From Ancylonema sp. (taxonomy: Eukaryota): a DNA stretch of 64,000 nucleotides. Location of the stretch: assembly GCA_050230475.1 (NCBI GenBank), contig JBFLGF010000048.1, positions 1 to 64,000 of the forward strand, read 5' to 3'. Positions 14,526 to 26,850 of this stretch are shown here, piece after piece. The notes under the pieces were generated by a model. That model had not been told where the DNA came from. It made no database searches and worked only from the letters and a program-made list of their open reading frames with translations. Each line of letters opens with the position of its first letter. Position 1 is the stretch's first letter. The position numbers were made by a program, and so were the translations under genes.

Positions 14526-16288
14526 TAGACTTTGAGAAGTCGACATATCTGTTGTGTCGACAATCTTTCAATGCGCATGCACACTTAGTAGCGAGCCATG
14601 GCTGACATGGAATATTGCTTAGGATGAATACTAGCGAAGTCAGCGAGCATACAAGTGGCTAAGTAGCTGCACAGAACTCGTAAGAGTTTGCGCGGGATTT
14701 GCTAAGCAGACGTGGCTAGTCTACACGAATGAACGAACAGGAAATATATTGACGATATGGCAGACGGAATCGCTGTCGGTCAGCTAAACTGACGACAAGC
14801 TTAACTAGGCCGGTTGGCGAACCGAGATGCTAGCACGTGTGACATTACTACACTCAACACACCCCCCTAATGTTATATGTGCTACATCGGTAATTAATAA
14901 ACAAAGAACCCCACCAAATTTAAAACATTCCCAACAACTTCTTGTTATATCGAAGAACCGCCACACTGGCATGTTTGGTCAGCATGTTTGCCCCCATCTG
15001 GTTTGCAGCGCATTTCTCCATTGTGATCTCCTTCTCCTGGTGCACTCTGTCCCTCACAAAATGATATCGTGCCAGAATTTGTTTCGTCAAGGATGATACA
15101 TGGGGTTGTGCACGATGTCAATGGCTGGCTGGTTGTCCATCAAGATGCGAATTGGACGAGCGACAGCAGCTTTTCCCGACATCTGCATCTGACGAGAAGG
15201 TAGCTGGCCTCCTGAGCTGCCAAGGTTAGCCCCATGTATTCGCTTTCGCAACTGTTGAGTGAAGCATTCCCTACCAATTTGCTTGCCCAACTGACTGCCC
15301 CTCTTGCTTCGATGAAAGCTGACCTTGCTCCGCTTCTGCCAGTGTCTGGACATGTCAGATGACTTGCATCGCTGTATCCCCAGATTTCAGTGCTGGCCCC
15401 TCTCTTATAACAGATCCCACCCCCTTTGGTTCCCCTTCCAGGTATTTCAAGACATGTTGAATGCCCTCCCAGTGTGCAGGCCCCGGGTTTGCACTAAAAC
15501 GAGCTAGTGAACTGATGGCTGCAAAAATATCCGGCCTGGAACACGTCGCCAAATACATCAGGCTGCCCAAGACTTGTCGATAAGGGATGATCGCCATGGC
15601 CTCCCGATCTGCGGCTGTTTGAGGGGAGTCCTCCATGTGACTTGCTGCCAGTAGGGAGTGGAGTGTTGACAGCTCGGCGGTCATTCATATCGAATTTGGT
15701 AAGGATCTCTCCGAGATACTTCTCCTGCAACAAGTGTATGTCCCCATTCGGCTGCAACCGAATTTCCATCCCGAGCAGCTTGACTGGGCCGAGATCTCAT
15801 CTTGAAGGTTTTGTTCAGATACTGTTTGATGCCTGCATGCAAGCTTCTCAAGCAATGCAGCAATCATAATCATCGACATAGAGTCCCAGCAGCACTCTCT
15901 CCTTCCCTTCCCCAATGATGTAGACACAGAAATCAGCCATCGGCCTTTTGAACCCACACTGACCAAGAACTTTGTCGATGTGCAGATTCCACATCCTGGA
16001 GGACTGTTTGAGGCCATACAGAGCTTTGAGGAGTCGGAGCAACCTTGCCAGGCATTGGCTGGTCGAACATCCCATCCGGGATTTCCATGCAGACTTCCTC
16101 CTCGAGGTTTGCGTACAGGAAAGCCGTGGTGACATCCATCTGAGCTGTGTGGAGGCCCTCTGCAGCAGCTTCATCCAGCATCATTCGAACGCTCTCACAC
16201 CTCACTGTTGGTGCAAAGGTTTCGTAATAATCTACCCCCTCCTCTTGAGTGAGTCCTCTTGCCACCACCCTGGCCTTATACTTCTCAA
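14526..16288 (-). mobile_element. Copia remnant (RT, RNase H, PPT, 3' LTR starting at 14859)
   Basis: KYKARVVARG..EGVDYYETFAP, KALYGLKQS, LYVDD, PYRQVLGSLMYLA, DNQPAI; PPT AGGGGGG followed by TGTTGAGTG on the minus strand. Confidence 0.88.
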
Positions 16289-17780
16289 CCACCCCACTGC
16301 ATCAGAGAGCCACAACCCTCAGAATGTGGGGCCGCACCAGCACCCCTAGGGTGTTGGTCACCTTCTTCTTGAACATGACGAAGTCACCCACGGAGAATGT
16401 GGTCTACGGACGGATGTATCCGCCACCTCGCACGTGCTGAGAGCGATTGCGGTCTCGTTGTTGGGCGATGGCGAGGTTGCGCATGGCCAGGGGCATGACC
16501 TTTTGTAGCACCGCCCCTTGGTGTGCGAGCTGTGTCCATAACTTTTGTATGCCCCCGGCCTAGAGGTCTATCTCTTCCACCTCCAAGTGTTGGATTTGGG
16601 CTAGGAAAAGGGGTTCCCTCCCATACAACATGAAGTAAGGACTGTACCCCAGCGCCTTTTGCTTTCTCATGCGATATCCCATCGCCACGTAGGGGAGTAG
16701 ATTGTCCAACTACTAGCCCTAGACCCCATCTAGCAGACAACGGCGAAGTCCTTGTTTAAGTGTATGCACCGTCCGCTTGAGGGTGCTCTCGAGATGCCAC
16801 CCGATGGGTTGGAGAGGAGAGTCTAGATATCCTCAAGCCTTGTCTTTCTCGGCTAGGGGGATCTGATGGTACCCTTGTCTCAAGTCCAGCTTATTGAATT
16901 TTTTTGCTCCCTGCATGTCCCTAAATATATCGTCGATGCGGGGAAGAGGGTATCGGTCCAGCGGGGATGGGACAATAATCACCACAGTGTCTGTAGTCGG
17001 TATACTCACCAGCCTCGTCCTTCTTTCTCACCACCACTGTCGCTGGCGCGTACTTGCTTTGTTGCGAAGGTCTCATCATCCCCAACGCCTCCAACTCCAC
17101 ACAATGTTTCCCCGAAAATCCCCATTCCGCCGCACTCAACCGATGGGTTGGCGTGAAAACTGCCTTCTTCGTGTCCACCTCTATCTCCATAGGCTCCCCC
17201 TTGTACTCCCCCAACTCCTTCACTGAGAAATCAAACTCACCCCGATTCGCCTCCAACACTCCCACCAACTCATCTTTCCCCGTAGCGGTTAGGTGTGCCC
17301 CCAACTTCCACTTGTACGTTTCTCCCAGCAGCGGCAATGGCCTAACCCTAGGCAGCGCGCTTGGCTAGAAGGGCATCCCTTCCCGTGCCTCTTGATCTTC
17401 TCTCAGCTCCTCCATTGCTAACACTGCCTCTACGTGGCCCCTCGACTGCTCCAACTTTACCTTCTCCATCCAAGTGCTTTGAAAGAGTCCCAATTCCTCT
17501 GGATTGTAATAAAATTCGACCGTCTCCTCCACGAAGTGCATTGCCTCAAACTCCTCCCGTACCCCCCCAATATTCCGCTTCCCCAGTCTTCTACCCACAA
17601 ACCAACGTTTTGGGGTGGGGTGCGGTCCCTATGGAAGGTTGACGGCCACCATGCCTCCCAAGCATGCCATCATGTGACGGTCCATACTCCTCCTGACCAG
17701 CTCGCACCTATCTCCGTGTCAGACACTACAAACTCGGCCGTGCAAATGCCCGGGGCCACTATGGGTGGCGCCCGACCGGG
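16289..17780 (-). mobile_element. Deleted non-chromovirus gypsy pol: putative DNMT C-terminus, linker, RT N-terminus, joined by deletion (~16780) to integrase C-terminal part
   Basis: SKYAPATVVVRKKD..DYR, YPLPRIDDIF, KLDLRQGYHQIP RT; LAMRNLAIAQQRD integrase tail; near-identical to 40084-40549 plus 46031-47060. Confidence 0.85.
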
Positions 17781-17888
17781 ATTGGATCATAGCCGTTCGC
17801 CCTAGTTATTTAAATATTTGCAATTGCGCCCGATTTAAATTTTTGGCACGTGCGGGGGTGTGGCGCAATCGAATGCCAACTTGGAAAT

Positions 17889-17956
17889 TGAGGATATTTC
17901 CACAGAGACCAATTCACCTCACGCGAGGTGAATTGGTCTCTGTGGAAATATCCTCA
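17889..17956. repeat. Perfect 32-bp inverted repeat with 4-nt loop
   Basis: TGAGGATATTTCCACAGAGACCAATTCACCTC-acgc-GAGGTGAATTGGTCTCTGTGGAAATATCCTCA. Confidence 0.97.
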
Positions 17957-18458
17957 CGCGATGCGCTTGCACTCGCAAGACGACAAGACGTCCGCCCAAA
18001 CCGCCGCAACAACCGGAGCAGCTAAGGCCGGAGGACCCTAGGAATTTTTGCTTGCTCAATACAAGGAGTTGAGGGGCGTGCACAGGATCGTTTGGGAGCT
18101 GCTAAAAGGGCGCAGCCGTTAAGCTAGGCGCAAGAGCGCGGAATGCATCACACCCAAAGCTTTGTAGTGCAGATGTGCGTAGGCAAAATGTAAGGTAGGC
18201 CCCCTTTCAACTAGTGTGTCAAGGGTGTCCAGCTCAGTGGGTCCACACCCTTATTTTTGAGCAGCCGCCAAGAATGCTCCAAACCAGCGCATGGTTTTGG
18301 CCATTTGAAGCGCGCCCCAAACGAATTCTTTTTTGGGCCTCTGCGACTTCGGCTATATTTGTGTCGCCCTCACGGTAGCCCACCTACATTTCCTTCACTC
18401 CAACGGCAAGCTCCTCCCACCGATTGCAGACGACGTTGAACACTCGGCCTTCCCGTGG

Positions 18459-20585
18459 TGTAAGGCAGCTCCTAAGCAGGATTGCCTTGCTTATAATAAG
18501 CACAATTACACACATCTCAGAATTCAAGAATAGGAAGAGAATGATGTTCAAAAGACATGAATTGATAAGAGCACTTGAGAGGACACCTCTCAAGTGCTTA
18601 AGTACAAAAGAGATTCACTAAGTGACAGAAAAGCGCGAACACACTAAACGACAAAAGGGTAGGAGTCGGAGAAACTAGAGAGTGAACATATATGACTATG
18701 GTTAACTAACTGAGGTTAGGAACACTCGCTAGCGGAATTAATGCTAGAGAGTGGATCCTAACGGATCCCCCATCAAAAGAAGGCCACGTGTCAGCGAGGC
18801 CGAGCGGATTTTTTTTATGAAAATCAGCGACCGCATCTTTGGTATTGTGCAGTGCACCTGCCGGCTCCCAAGTGCGATCAGATGCATCGTAGCCGAGATA
18901 CTCCAACTTGCGGAAGAGTTTGCGCCGTCGGATCTTGGAGTCCAGGATTGCCCGAACCTCAAACTCTGGAAACCCGTCCACTTGGATGGGGTGAGGAGCC
19001 GGCTGGATGCGTCCCGGGATTGTATTGGGTACATACGGTTTCAGGAGGCTGACATGGAAGACTGGATGGATGTGCATGGTTGTGGGGAGATTGAGTCGGA
19101 ACGACGAAGTACCAACTAGACCAATGACAATGAAGGGACCGAGGCGACGAACATCCAGCTTGGAGGAAGGACGGATTGTTCTGATGTTGCGCCGCAGGAG
19201 CCACACTTGAGCACCTAGCAGGAGGGTTGGGGCAGGCCGACGACGCCGATTGGCTGAAACCTCCATGGCTGTCCGAGCTTTGAGGAGCTCCCGCTGAAGA
19301 ACCACCTGGGCCTGTTGCAGCTGTTTGACATAGGAATCCGCGGCTGGGGTCCTGGAGTCGGGATTGGTTGGGAGAGGGACATGGTGGGGTGGAACCCATA
19401 GTTGGCGAAGAACGGGGACATGGGCCGAGAGTTGTTGTAGCTGAACTCTGCAGAGGGAGGAGGCTGGCCCAGTCGGACTGCTGATAGTGAGTATAGATTC
19501 GTAGATACTGCTCAAGCACTGAATTGAGGCGCTCCGTCTGGCCGTCCGTCTGGGGATGGAAAGCTGTAGATCGGTTGGCCTGAATGCCCAAGAGCGCCAA
19601 GATAAGTCACCAAAAGTATGATGTGAAGATTGGATCTCGATCACTCACGATGTTCTGTGGCAGACCGTGAAGCCGAATCACATGCTGGATGAAGAGTGAA
19701 GCGACGTCCAGAGCTGCCATCGATTTCGTCGTAAGGATAAAGTTTCCGCCTTAGATGAGACGGTCGACGACCACCAGGATTGCATCATGGTAGTGGCTGG
19801 GTGGCAAGTCTGTGATCCAATCCAGGGCGACGTGGGACCAGGGCCTAAAAGGGATAAGAAGGGGGGACAGGAGACCGTAGGGAGCATGTCGCACCACTTT
19901 ATTTCGTGCACATGTGTCACAACTGCCCACGTATTTAGCAACCGCCCCAGCGATTCCCGGCCATGTGTAGTACTGCGCTAGCAGCGCCTGGGTCCTCGCC
20001 ACCCTATAGTGCCCCGCCAACGGGCTGTCATGATATTGATGTAGGAGTTTAAGGACTAGGGTCCTGGAAGTGGGGGGGATGCACCTGACTATACAGCAGG
20101 CCCCCCCTAACCACATACTGACCCCATGAACTGCCCAATGGGCTGCTTGCTGGCAGTGCGGGGTTTGACTCCTTGCCAACTCCTCCCAAAACGATGAGGT
20201 GAGGGGTGTGGAATAGATAGGGAGCTGTGGATGGGGGCGGGAAGATGGGGAGGGAGGGGAGGGGAGGGGGTCCGAGGTTTGGCCGCCGCAACAAAGCATC
20301 AGGTTTACCATTGCTCGCACCTTTCTTGTAGGTGATAGTGTAGTGGTAGGCAGCTAAGGTGGCTGCCCACCGAGCATGTCGCCAGGAGGTAGTCCTGGCT
20401 CTCGAGAAATACTCCAGGTTTTTATGGTCCGTGTAGACTTGAGTAGGGTGTGTCGCTTCCTCCAAGTACACCCTCCAGTGTTTGACGCTGCCACCACCGC
20501 CAGCACTTCCTTATCGTAGATAGGATAGTTTAGTTTTGCAGGTGTAAATTTCCGAGAATAGAAACAGACGAGGTGCAGGGGAGGT
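18459..20585 (-). mobile_element. Chromovirus (Ty3/gypsy, family A) 3' half: RNase H, integrase, chromodomain, PPT, 3' LTR 18459-18762
   Basis: [67 protein letters not shown] chromodomain; PPT GATGGGGGATCC next to the LTR. Confidence 0.93.
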
Positions 20586-21144
20586 AAAACTCATGCCTTT
20601 GTGATTAGGGCAAAACCATTTTCTCTCTGGCACCTTCATCGATGGTGTATCCAAGCACCATATGTGATATCCCTAGTTCCACGTGCCACACAGCACCATC
20701 TTGCTGCCACGGTTTTGCATCCCACACACCCGGCAATGCAGGTTGGGTGCTTTGTAGAAGCGCTCAAGGTACATGTTATGATCCAGAATGGGCAGCTGAC
20801 TGTGCGCGACATTCTTCACTTGCTCCTCAACTCGAGCTACATCACTGCCTTCCAGCACCGCCACTCCCGATGGCTTGATTTCCACCACTCGCAGGATGTG
20901 CGGTCTTGTGGGTACGTCGAAGGTGTCCTGTAGCACTTGTCTCAGCAACACGTAGTCTCCCGGCTTGAAGGTTGCCTTGGGGCGATTCCAGCCCCCTCCC
21001 CTCACCGACCGGTACCGCTCTTTGTCCCGTTGTTGCGCAATGGCCAGGTTCCTCATTGCAAGTGGCATGACTTGTATGTAGAGTTGCATTCTCTCGTTAA
21101 GGAAGACTTGGAGTTTGAATGCCGACACTGTGGGGTCGAGCTCT
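20586..21144 (-). mobile_element. Gypsy integrase C-terminal region ending in a PHD finger (decayed)
   Basis: LAMRNLAIAQQRD...HCRVCG..SKMVLCGTWN*GYHIWCLD.P..KVPERKWFCPNH; homologous to 39782-40306. Confidence 0.85.
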
Positions 21145-22544
21145 TGTCGCATTGTATAGAATCGCATGCCTAGACGAGTAATATCTACCCCCAAGTTGTA
21201 ATATCCCCTCATGAGTAATGTCTATGCATGTCTTCCAATGCGAGGGAAAATGGATGAAAGTGCCAACATCAAAAGTCAAACTTGAGTCACCCCTAAAGGT
21301 ACTCTAGGCTGGTGACAGCCCGAGCAATGTCATTCAGTTGTGAATGAAAATCGATGCGCATAACAGGACGCACATAATATTCGCACATAGAATAGGGGTG
21401 CATGAAATTCTAACGAAGTGTTTAGAGACGCAATGCGTCTTTGAGAGCGATGGGCGAGTACATGTGCGACTGCCTTGCCTAGAATCGGCGCGTGTGCGTT
21501 GACCACAATCATCGGGAATCCCATCAATGAATGGTCCATCCCATGTAAAGTCCCTCGAATCCAAAGTCAACATAAGTCAATACCTGTTAGGACCACACTA
21601 GTGTGTGTCCCTAACTAGAGTGTGTAATCCGCTAGTCCACCCGACCGGGTGGGTGACCACTTAGTTTCGCTTTTACTTTCGTTTCGCTTAGCTTTCAAGT
21701 TTCGCACACTTAGTCATCATTACTACCCGACGTTGTTTCCGTTACCGTATTCGTTCGCTTTGTTCGCTTCATTAGTTACCGTTTTAACATTCGAGTTCCC
21801 TTCGTCCCTAGTTCACCACTAGTACTTATACACGATAAGAACGTCTATTCTCTCGTTCTTATCAACTCATGTAATTTGTGTTCTTTAAGTGTTCCCTTCC
21901 CTATATTCTTTTTTCCGCCACTCGTCCCTCGTTCCCTTTTTCCGTTCATTTTCCCTCTCTCCATTTAAATCCTCTCCTTAAAACCCTCAATTCCATCTAT
22001 CCGCATTAAGTCCATTCCTTACAATACCGGTCTCGGCTATCTATTACAACTAACATGTGTAAAATGTGGTAGATCTTGTGTACGCATGTCGTATCCCCAA
22101 CATCACCGCCAAACTCACTATAGGCACACTTGCGCTCGCCTTAAAGGAAAATATGACAGCGCCTACTCGTGTATATGCTACCGATTCCTCACAACACGAG
22201 AGCTGCCGCATTGTATAGAATCGCATGCCTAGAAGAGTACTATCTACCCCCAAGTTGTCATATCCCCTCATGAGTAATGTCTATGCATGTCTTCCAATGC
22301 GAGGGCAAATGGATGCAAGTGCCAACATCAAAAGTCAAACTTGAGTCACCCCCCCCCTGGAGAAGAGGAAAGCTCCCGCGTCCACCTCTACGTACAGACG
22401 CAATGCGTAGGGGTTGTTTGGCGAAGTCATCACCCTGGTGGCTGATCAATATACAACACAAAACAAGGAGTAAGTCATCACCCTCAACCCATAGTGCAGG
22501 TGGGGAATGGCCAAACTCCCCACCCGCAAAGAGTCAAAGGTAAC
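21145..22544 (-). repeat. Partial terminal repeat of the PHD-gypsy lineage, interrupted by solo LTR-B
   Basis: Colinear with 38524-39462, including the ~150-bp internal direct repeat starting TG(T/C)CGCATTGTATAGAATCGC. Confidence 0.7.
21585..22023 (+). repeat. Solo LTR, chromovirus family B
   Basis: TG...CA ends, perfect 5-bp TSD ATACC, homologous to 56070-56548. Confidence 0.95.
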
Positions 22545-22689
22545 GAAAGTGTCATGCCATAAACACTCGTGTGCTTATACGATGCCAATAAGGCGGTCAA
22601 CTCACATGGTACGGGTTGATGGTGCTTCTGACGACCAAATCCCTTCGGAGGAGGACAAAGAAGATGGCTACCATTGAATCCCACACCAG

Positions 22690-23092
22690 ATGGCAGCCAT
22701 CCGCCTACGAGTAGTTGAACTGCAAGTGGTGGTGGCCAGCCACCGTACACGACGGGAGAACGCCGTTCTTCGCCTCCAACAAGCCAAGCAACTCCATCCA
22801 GAACCCATCCACCCGACTTCGTCTTGGGTGGGGCAAGAGATGTACAACGCAATCCCAATCAACACGGCGACACGTCAACTTGCGCCCAAGTTCATTCAAG
22901 ACGGTCTCCATGTAGTGGACCTGTTTGGAGGGATTGGATTGGGAGTATTACGGTCTTCCTTGGCTGCCGGCCACCAGATTCGATGCTATACGTACGTCGA
23001 CAAGGATGACGTGAGCAAACGCGTGGCAGTTGCAGTTCTGCACAAGCTTCAAAATCAGTTTTCAGACCAGCTGCCGGACACAGCCATCCAAG
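22690..23092 (+). pseudogene. Truncated N-terminal half of a Dnmt3-like cytosine-5 DNA methyltransferase domain within a retrotransposon pol
   Basis: GLHVVDLFGGIG (motif I, FxGxG SAM-binding) then AAGHQIRCYTYVDKD (motif II acidic residue), spacing as in Dnmt3 (IRVLSLFDGI...LGIQVDRYIASE). Confidence 0.8.
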
Positions 23093-23915
23093 GAGTGGCT
23101 GGTTGTCCCTTTTGGCCTGACAAATGCGCCCCCCTACTTCCAACGGCGAATGGATAACATTCTAAGAGATCTCCCCTTCTCCACATGCTACATTGATGAT
23201 ATCATCGTGTGGTCCAAATCAACGGAGGAGCACATCCAACACTTGGAGGAGATTTTCAAGCAATTGCGGGAAGCAGGCCTTAAAGTGCATCCGGGAAATT
23301 GTGTCTTCCGAGAAGACGTCATGACTTCCTAGGACATCGCATTTTTGCCGACTCTTTGCAGCCCCAAGAGGAAAAGTTGGCAGCAGTTCGGGACTTGCCA
23401 GCACCCACCGACCTCCACAGCCTGCGTGCAACCTTGGGCTTCTTCTCCTACTACCGAAATTTTGTGCTGCACTTAAGTTCCATTGCCCACCCCCTCAACT
23501 AGCTGCTGAAAAAGGATGCACTGTGGCAGTGATACGACAAACAAGAAGAGGCATTTCAGAAACTCAAGTTGCAGCTGTGTTAGTCTCCCGTGTTGCAACT
23601 GCCAAACGCATACAAGCCTTTTATCCTCACGACGAACTGGAGCCACAAGGGGATGGGAGCGGTGCTGAGCCAACTTGATGAAGAAGGCGTGGAGCATCCA
23701 ATCTGCTATGCATCACGTTCTTGCAACCCTCCTGAGCATAACTATTCCTCCTTCGATGGTGAATGTCTGACGGTGGTGTGGGCCACCAACCATTTCTAGG
23801 CCTATCTCTTCGGTAACTCCTTCACCTTGGTCACCGATCACGAGCCCCTCCGATGGCTGATGACTGCATAGAAGTTGACCGGGAAAATGGCAAGGTGGAG
23901 CCTCCTACTCCAAGA
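23093..23915 (+). mobile_element. Gypsy RT core and RNase H, joined by deletion to the DNMT fragment
   Basis: EWLVVPFGLTNAPPYFQR, CYIDDII, FLGH, LGFFSYYR, GMGAVLSQ, ICYASR, TLVTDH. Confidence 0.93.
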
Positions 23916-24391
23916 AAAATGCTCCCATCCTGAAGTGGAGCCGGGGAGAAACTCCCATCTACCTCACGGTAGATTTACATCACGGGGGTATCCGCAGGAA
24001 TTCATTATTTATTCATAGGTTAGATTTTGTATTTTTTTCATTTTAGGTAGCGGCGTTGGATGGATTTTATTTTTTGGGGGTCTAGCATGCTGAACCAACG
24101 TGCATAGAAAATAAAACATTAATTGAAAGAAAAGGAGATATTGGAAAGTCAAACGATATGGTTTGTAATACCGGGGGTACTCAACTTTATATAGCTACAA
24201 TAATCACTGAGGGTATTGCGCCACGCGCAAAACGGGCAACCAACAACTAGTGTCCTCATGAAATTTCTCGACATCATGCTCGTCTTTTCGATGATACATC
24301 ACAAGCAGAGTGTTGTCCAATATTTCCTTCACCGATATCTAACAACATGTGTGCTTTTGTGTTACGACCGCAGCTCAAAGAGCTCTAAGAC

Positions 24392-24940
24392 TTGCTTTCA
24401 CGCAACAATCATTCGACACAAGAGGCATCTGATGAAAAACGCCAATTTGAGATTCGTTTCGACGCACTCGTCACCACTATCGAGGAAACCGATACACCAT
24501 CTTTGGTGCTCCTTGTTGCTCCGAAAGAAGCTCGACCTCTTGTTCCTGCATTTGATCTTGCCGCCACCGATACTGCATCGATGTCACAATCCTTGTGTCC
24601 ACAACCCATGGAGGAATGCAAACCGTCTCCTCCTGCGGCGGCAATCCTCGCTTCTACCACACCTTTCAATCCTCCTCTTCTTGTGGTTGCACCCGTGGAT
24701 CGTGTTGATACTCTGTGGATTGTTCCTACCCTCGATAATTCCAGGTTGGTCCTCACCATTTTTGGGCATGGTCCTCCCAAGCCTATCCTTGACACTAGTG
24801 CCAAACATGTTATGGTGGGTATGAACTTTGCCAAACAAATTGGGCTGATTGGTTCCAAGTTACATCCGGGAACAAAATACATCACAGCACCCGGTGCCAT
24901 TGAACGAACCTTAGGCAAATCCAAAGAAGCAACAAACTCA
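24392..24940 (+). pseudogene. Retrotransposon aspartic protease remnant
   Basis: PILDTSAKHVMVG..FA.QIGL resembles the D-T/S-G-A protease motif with G>S. Confidence 0.55.
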
Positions 24941-24968
24941 TTTGGCTTGGCTGCTGAGCTGCCAAATC

Positions 24969-25530
24969 TCAAGCTTGAGGGAGCCAAGCTGCTGAGGTTG
25001 GCTTAGGCCTTGGCTTTGAAATTCTCACCACTAACTCAGCCGCGGAGGTTTTGAAACGGGAACGAATTCTCTCAATATAAGCTTCGAACCCCTCCGGTTC
25101 TGTAGAGAGAGGAACAATAAGAGCAAGTTTGTTGTCTGAACGGCCTTGAATTCGGTAAAAGTACATATCGGCTCGATAGTATCTCCAAAGTTCACGGTTC
25201 TGTGTCTTGGTAAGACCACCTCTTTTTTCAAAAACGAATTTTGACCACAGCTTGTGAGCCTCGTGCTTAGTTTAAGCACCAAGGGTAAGGACGAGATCCC
25301 ATTCACAATAATCGGACCCTTTTTCTCGACTGTGGAGCTCATGATGAGTCCGACAAGCATCGATGAATTCGTCTTGCTATACACCAAGTTCCCCCGAGTA
25401 GATAAAGATAGGTGGTAGAGAAGACATGGTATCGTCAAAGAACGGGTCAAAGATAGCAGTTGGTGCTTCTTCTACGATAGATGTTTCACTATCAGGAATC
25501 GGAGTAAGGAACTTTTCGATTGTTGACTAA
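24969..25530 (-). pseudogene. Possible retrotransposon gag remnant with two internal stops
   Basis: One frame reads MSSLPPIFIYSGELGV*QDEFIDAC...EAHKLWSKF...FEAYIERIRSRFK; gag-like pattern by eye only. Confidence 0.4.
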
Positions 25531-26850
25531 CATTTGATGGTAGTAGAGAAAGTATCCGAAGAACTAGAAACGGAAAAAAATTATGCTACAATTTTGCTGA
25601 TGAGGGTGTCGAGAAGACGGAATTGACACTAGTCACCAACTGTTGTAGTCGAACTACACTTGTATGCAAAGGTGACTCAATGATGGCGGTATCGATTTTT
25701 ATCAGTATGTTAGTATTTGCCACATAAACAACAAAGATATCATAAATGGAGAGATGTGTTGCATCTCTTGTAACGATGTGTAGCAAAATATACAAAAATC
25801 AAACGAGGATATGCAATCGGCAGTGTTGCACGATGCGGCACTTTTGGTTGTCCGTTTAGCGTACCTGTACCGGCACGTACCGAACGGAGTGCGGTACGTG
25901 GTAATTTATGGTTTTTTTTCCTAGTATGTAAAATATTAATTCTCGTAAGTTTTACATAGAACCCGGGGGCTTTTTAACGTTCCTGTTTACATTATCACTA
26001 TCATGTCCGCAACTAGTGCTCATTTGTCCTTTTCCACGCGGCCACCTTTAGTCGCCTTTCTCACACGTATCTAAGCGACCTTTGGGCATCGCTATCACAT
26101 CTCTTTTACGCGCGTGAAGAATGAAGTATTTTTGGACGTCCCATTAGATTCACCGGTGTAGGAATCTTCCACCTCTCGTCGGTAGGTATTGTGCATTGCG
26201 AGATCCTGCGAGACCTTTTCAACAAACGAGCTGTCGGAGGCCAATTGAAACGCTCAAGCATCGGGCGGTTTTTGGGGAAATCGTACATCCAAGGTTTGAA
26301 TCTAGCTCTTGTCATTTATGTCCGTGAGATTGAGGTGCCGGACAACGGCAAAATTCGATTTTGTCGGTGGATTTAATTTACGGCTTTAAATCCACGGCAT
26401 GAATTGCAGAGGGAAAAAAAAAACCCAAATCCAATACGGCTCGCCATGCGTCCATTTAGCGTACTGATATCGGTACGTACCGGTCGCGTCGAACGTATCA
26501 TGCAACAGTGGCAATCGGGATGCACGGTAACGATGTGTAACACGATACATGGAGAGCAAACGGTGATGTGCATTCGGGATGCACGAAAACGATGTGTTGC
26601 AGGATACTCGAAAAAACGAACGTTTGACACTCAAAAATTCACACAATACTGGTAAGGTCGCTTACCGAATATTGTCGAGCAATTTACGCGCAATTGGAGG
26701 ATGACAGTACTGGAGACGAAGCTAGTAGCAGCCTTTTGCTTCAAGTTGAGAAGTCGATTGCTTGAATTGCAACACTAAGAACGCCTAGCTCTCAGCAGTA
26801 ATAATGCGGTGACAACACCGCGAGCGAGGTCGGCAGGCGAAGTGGGACTT

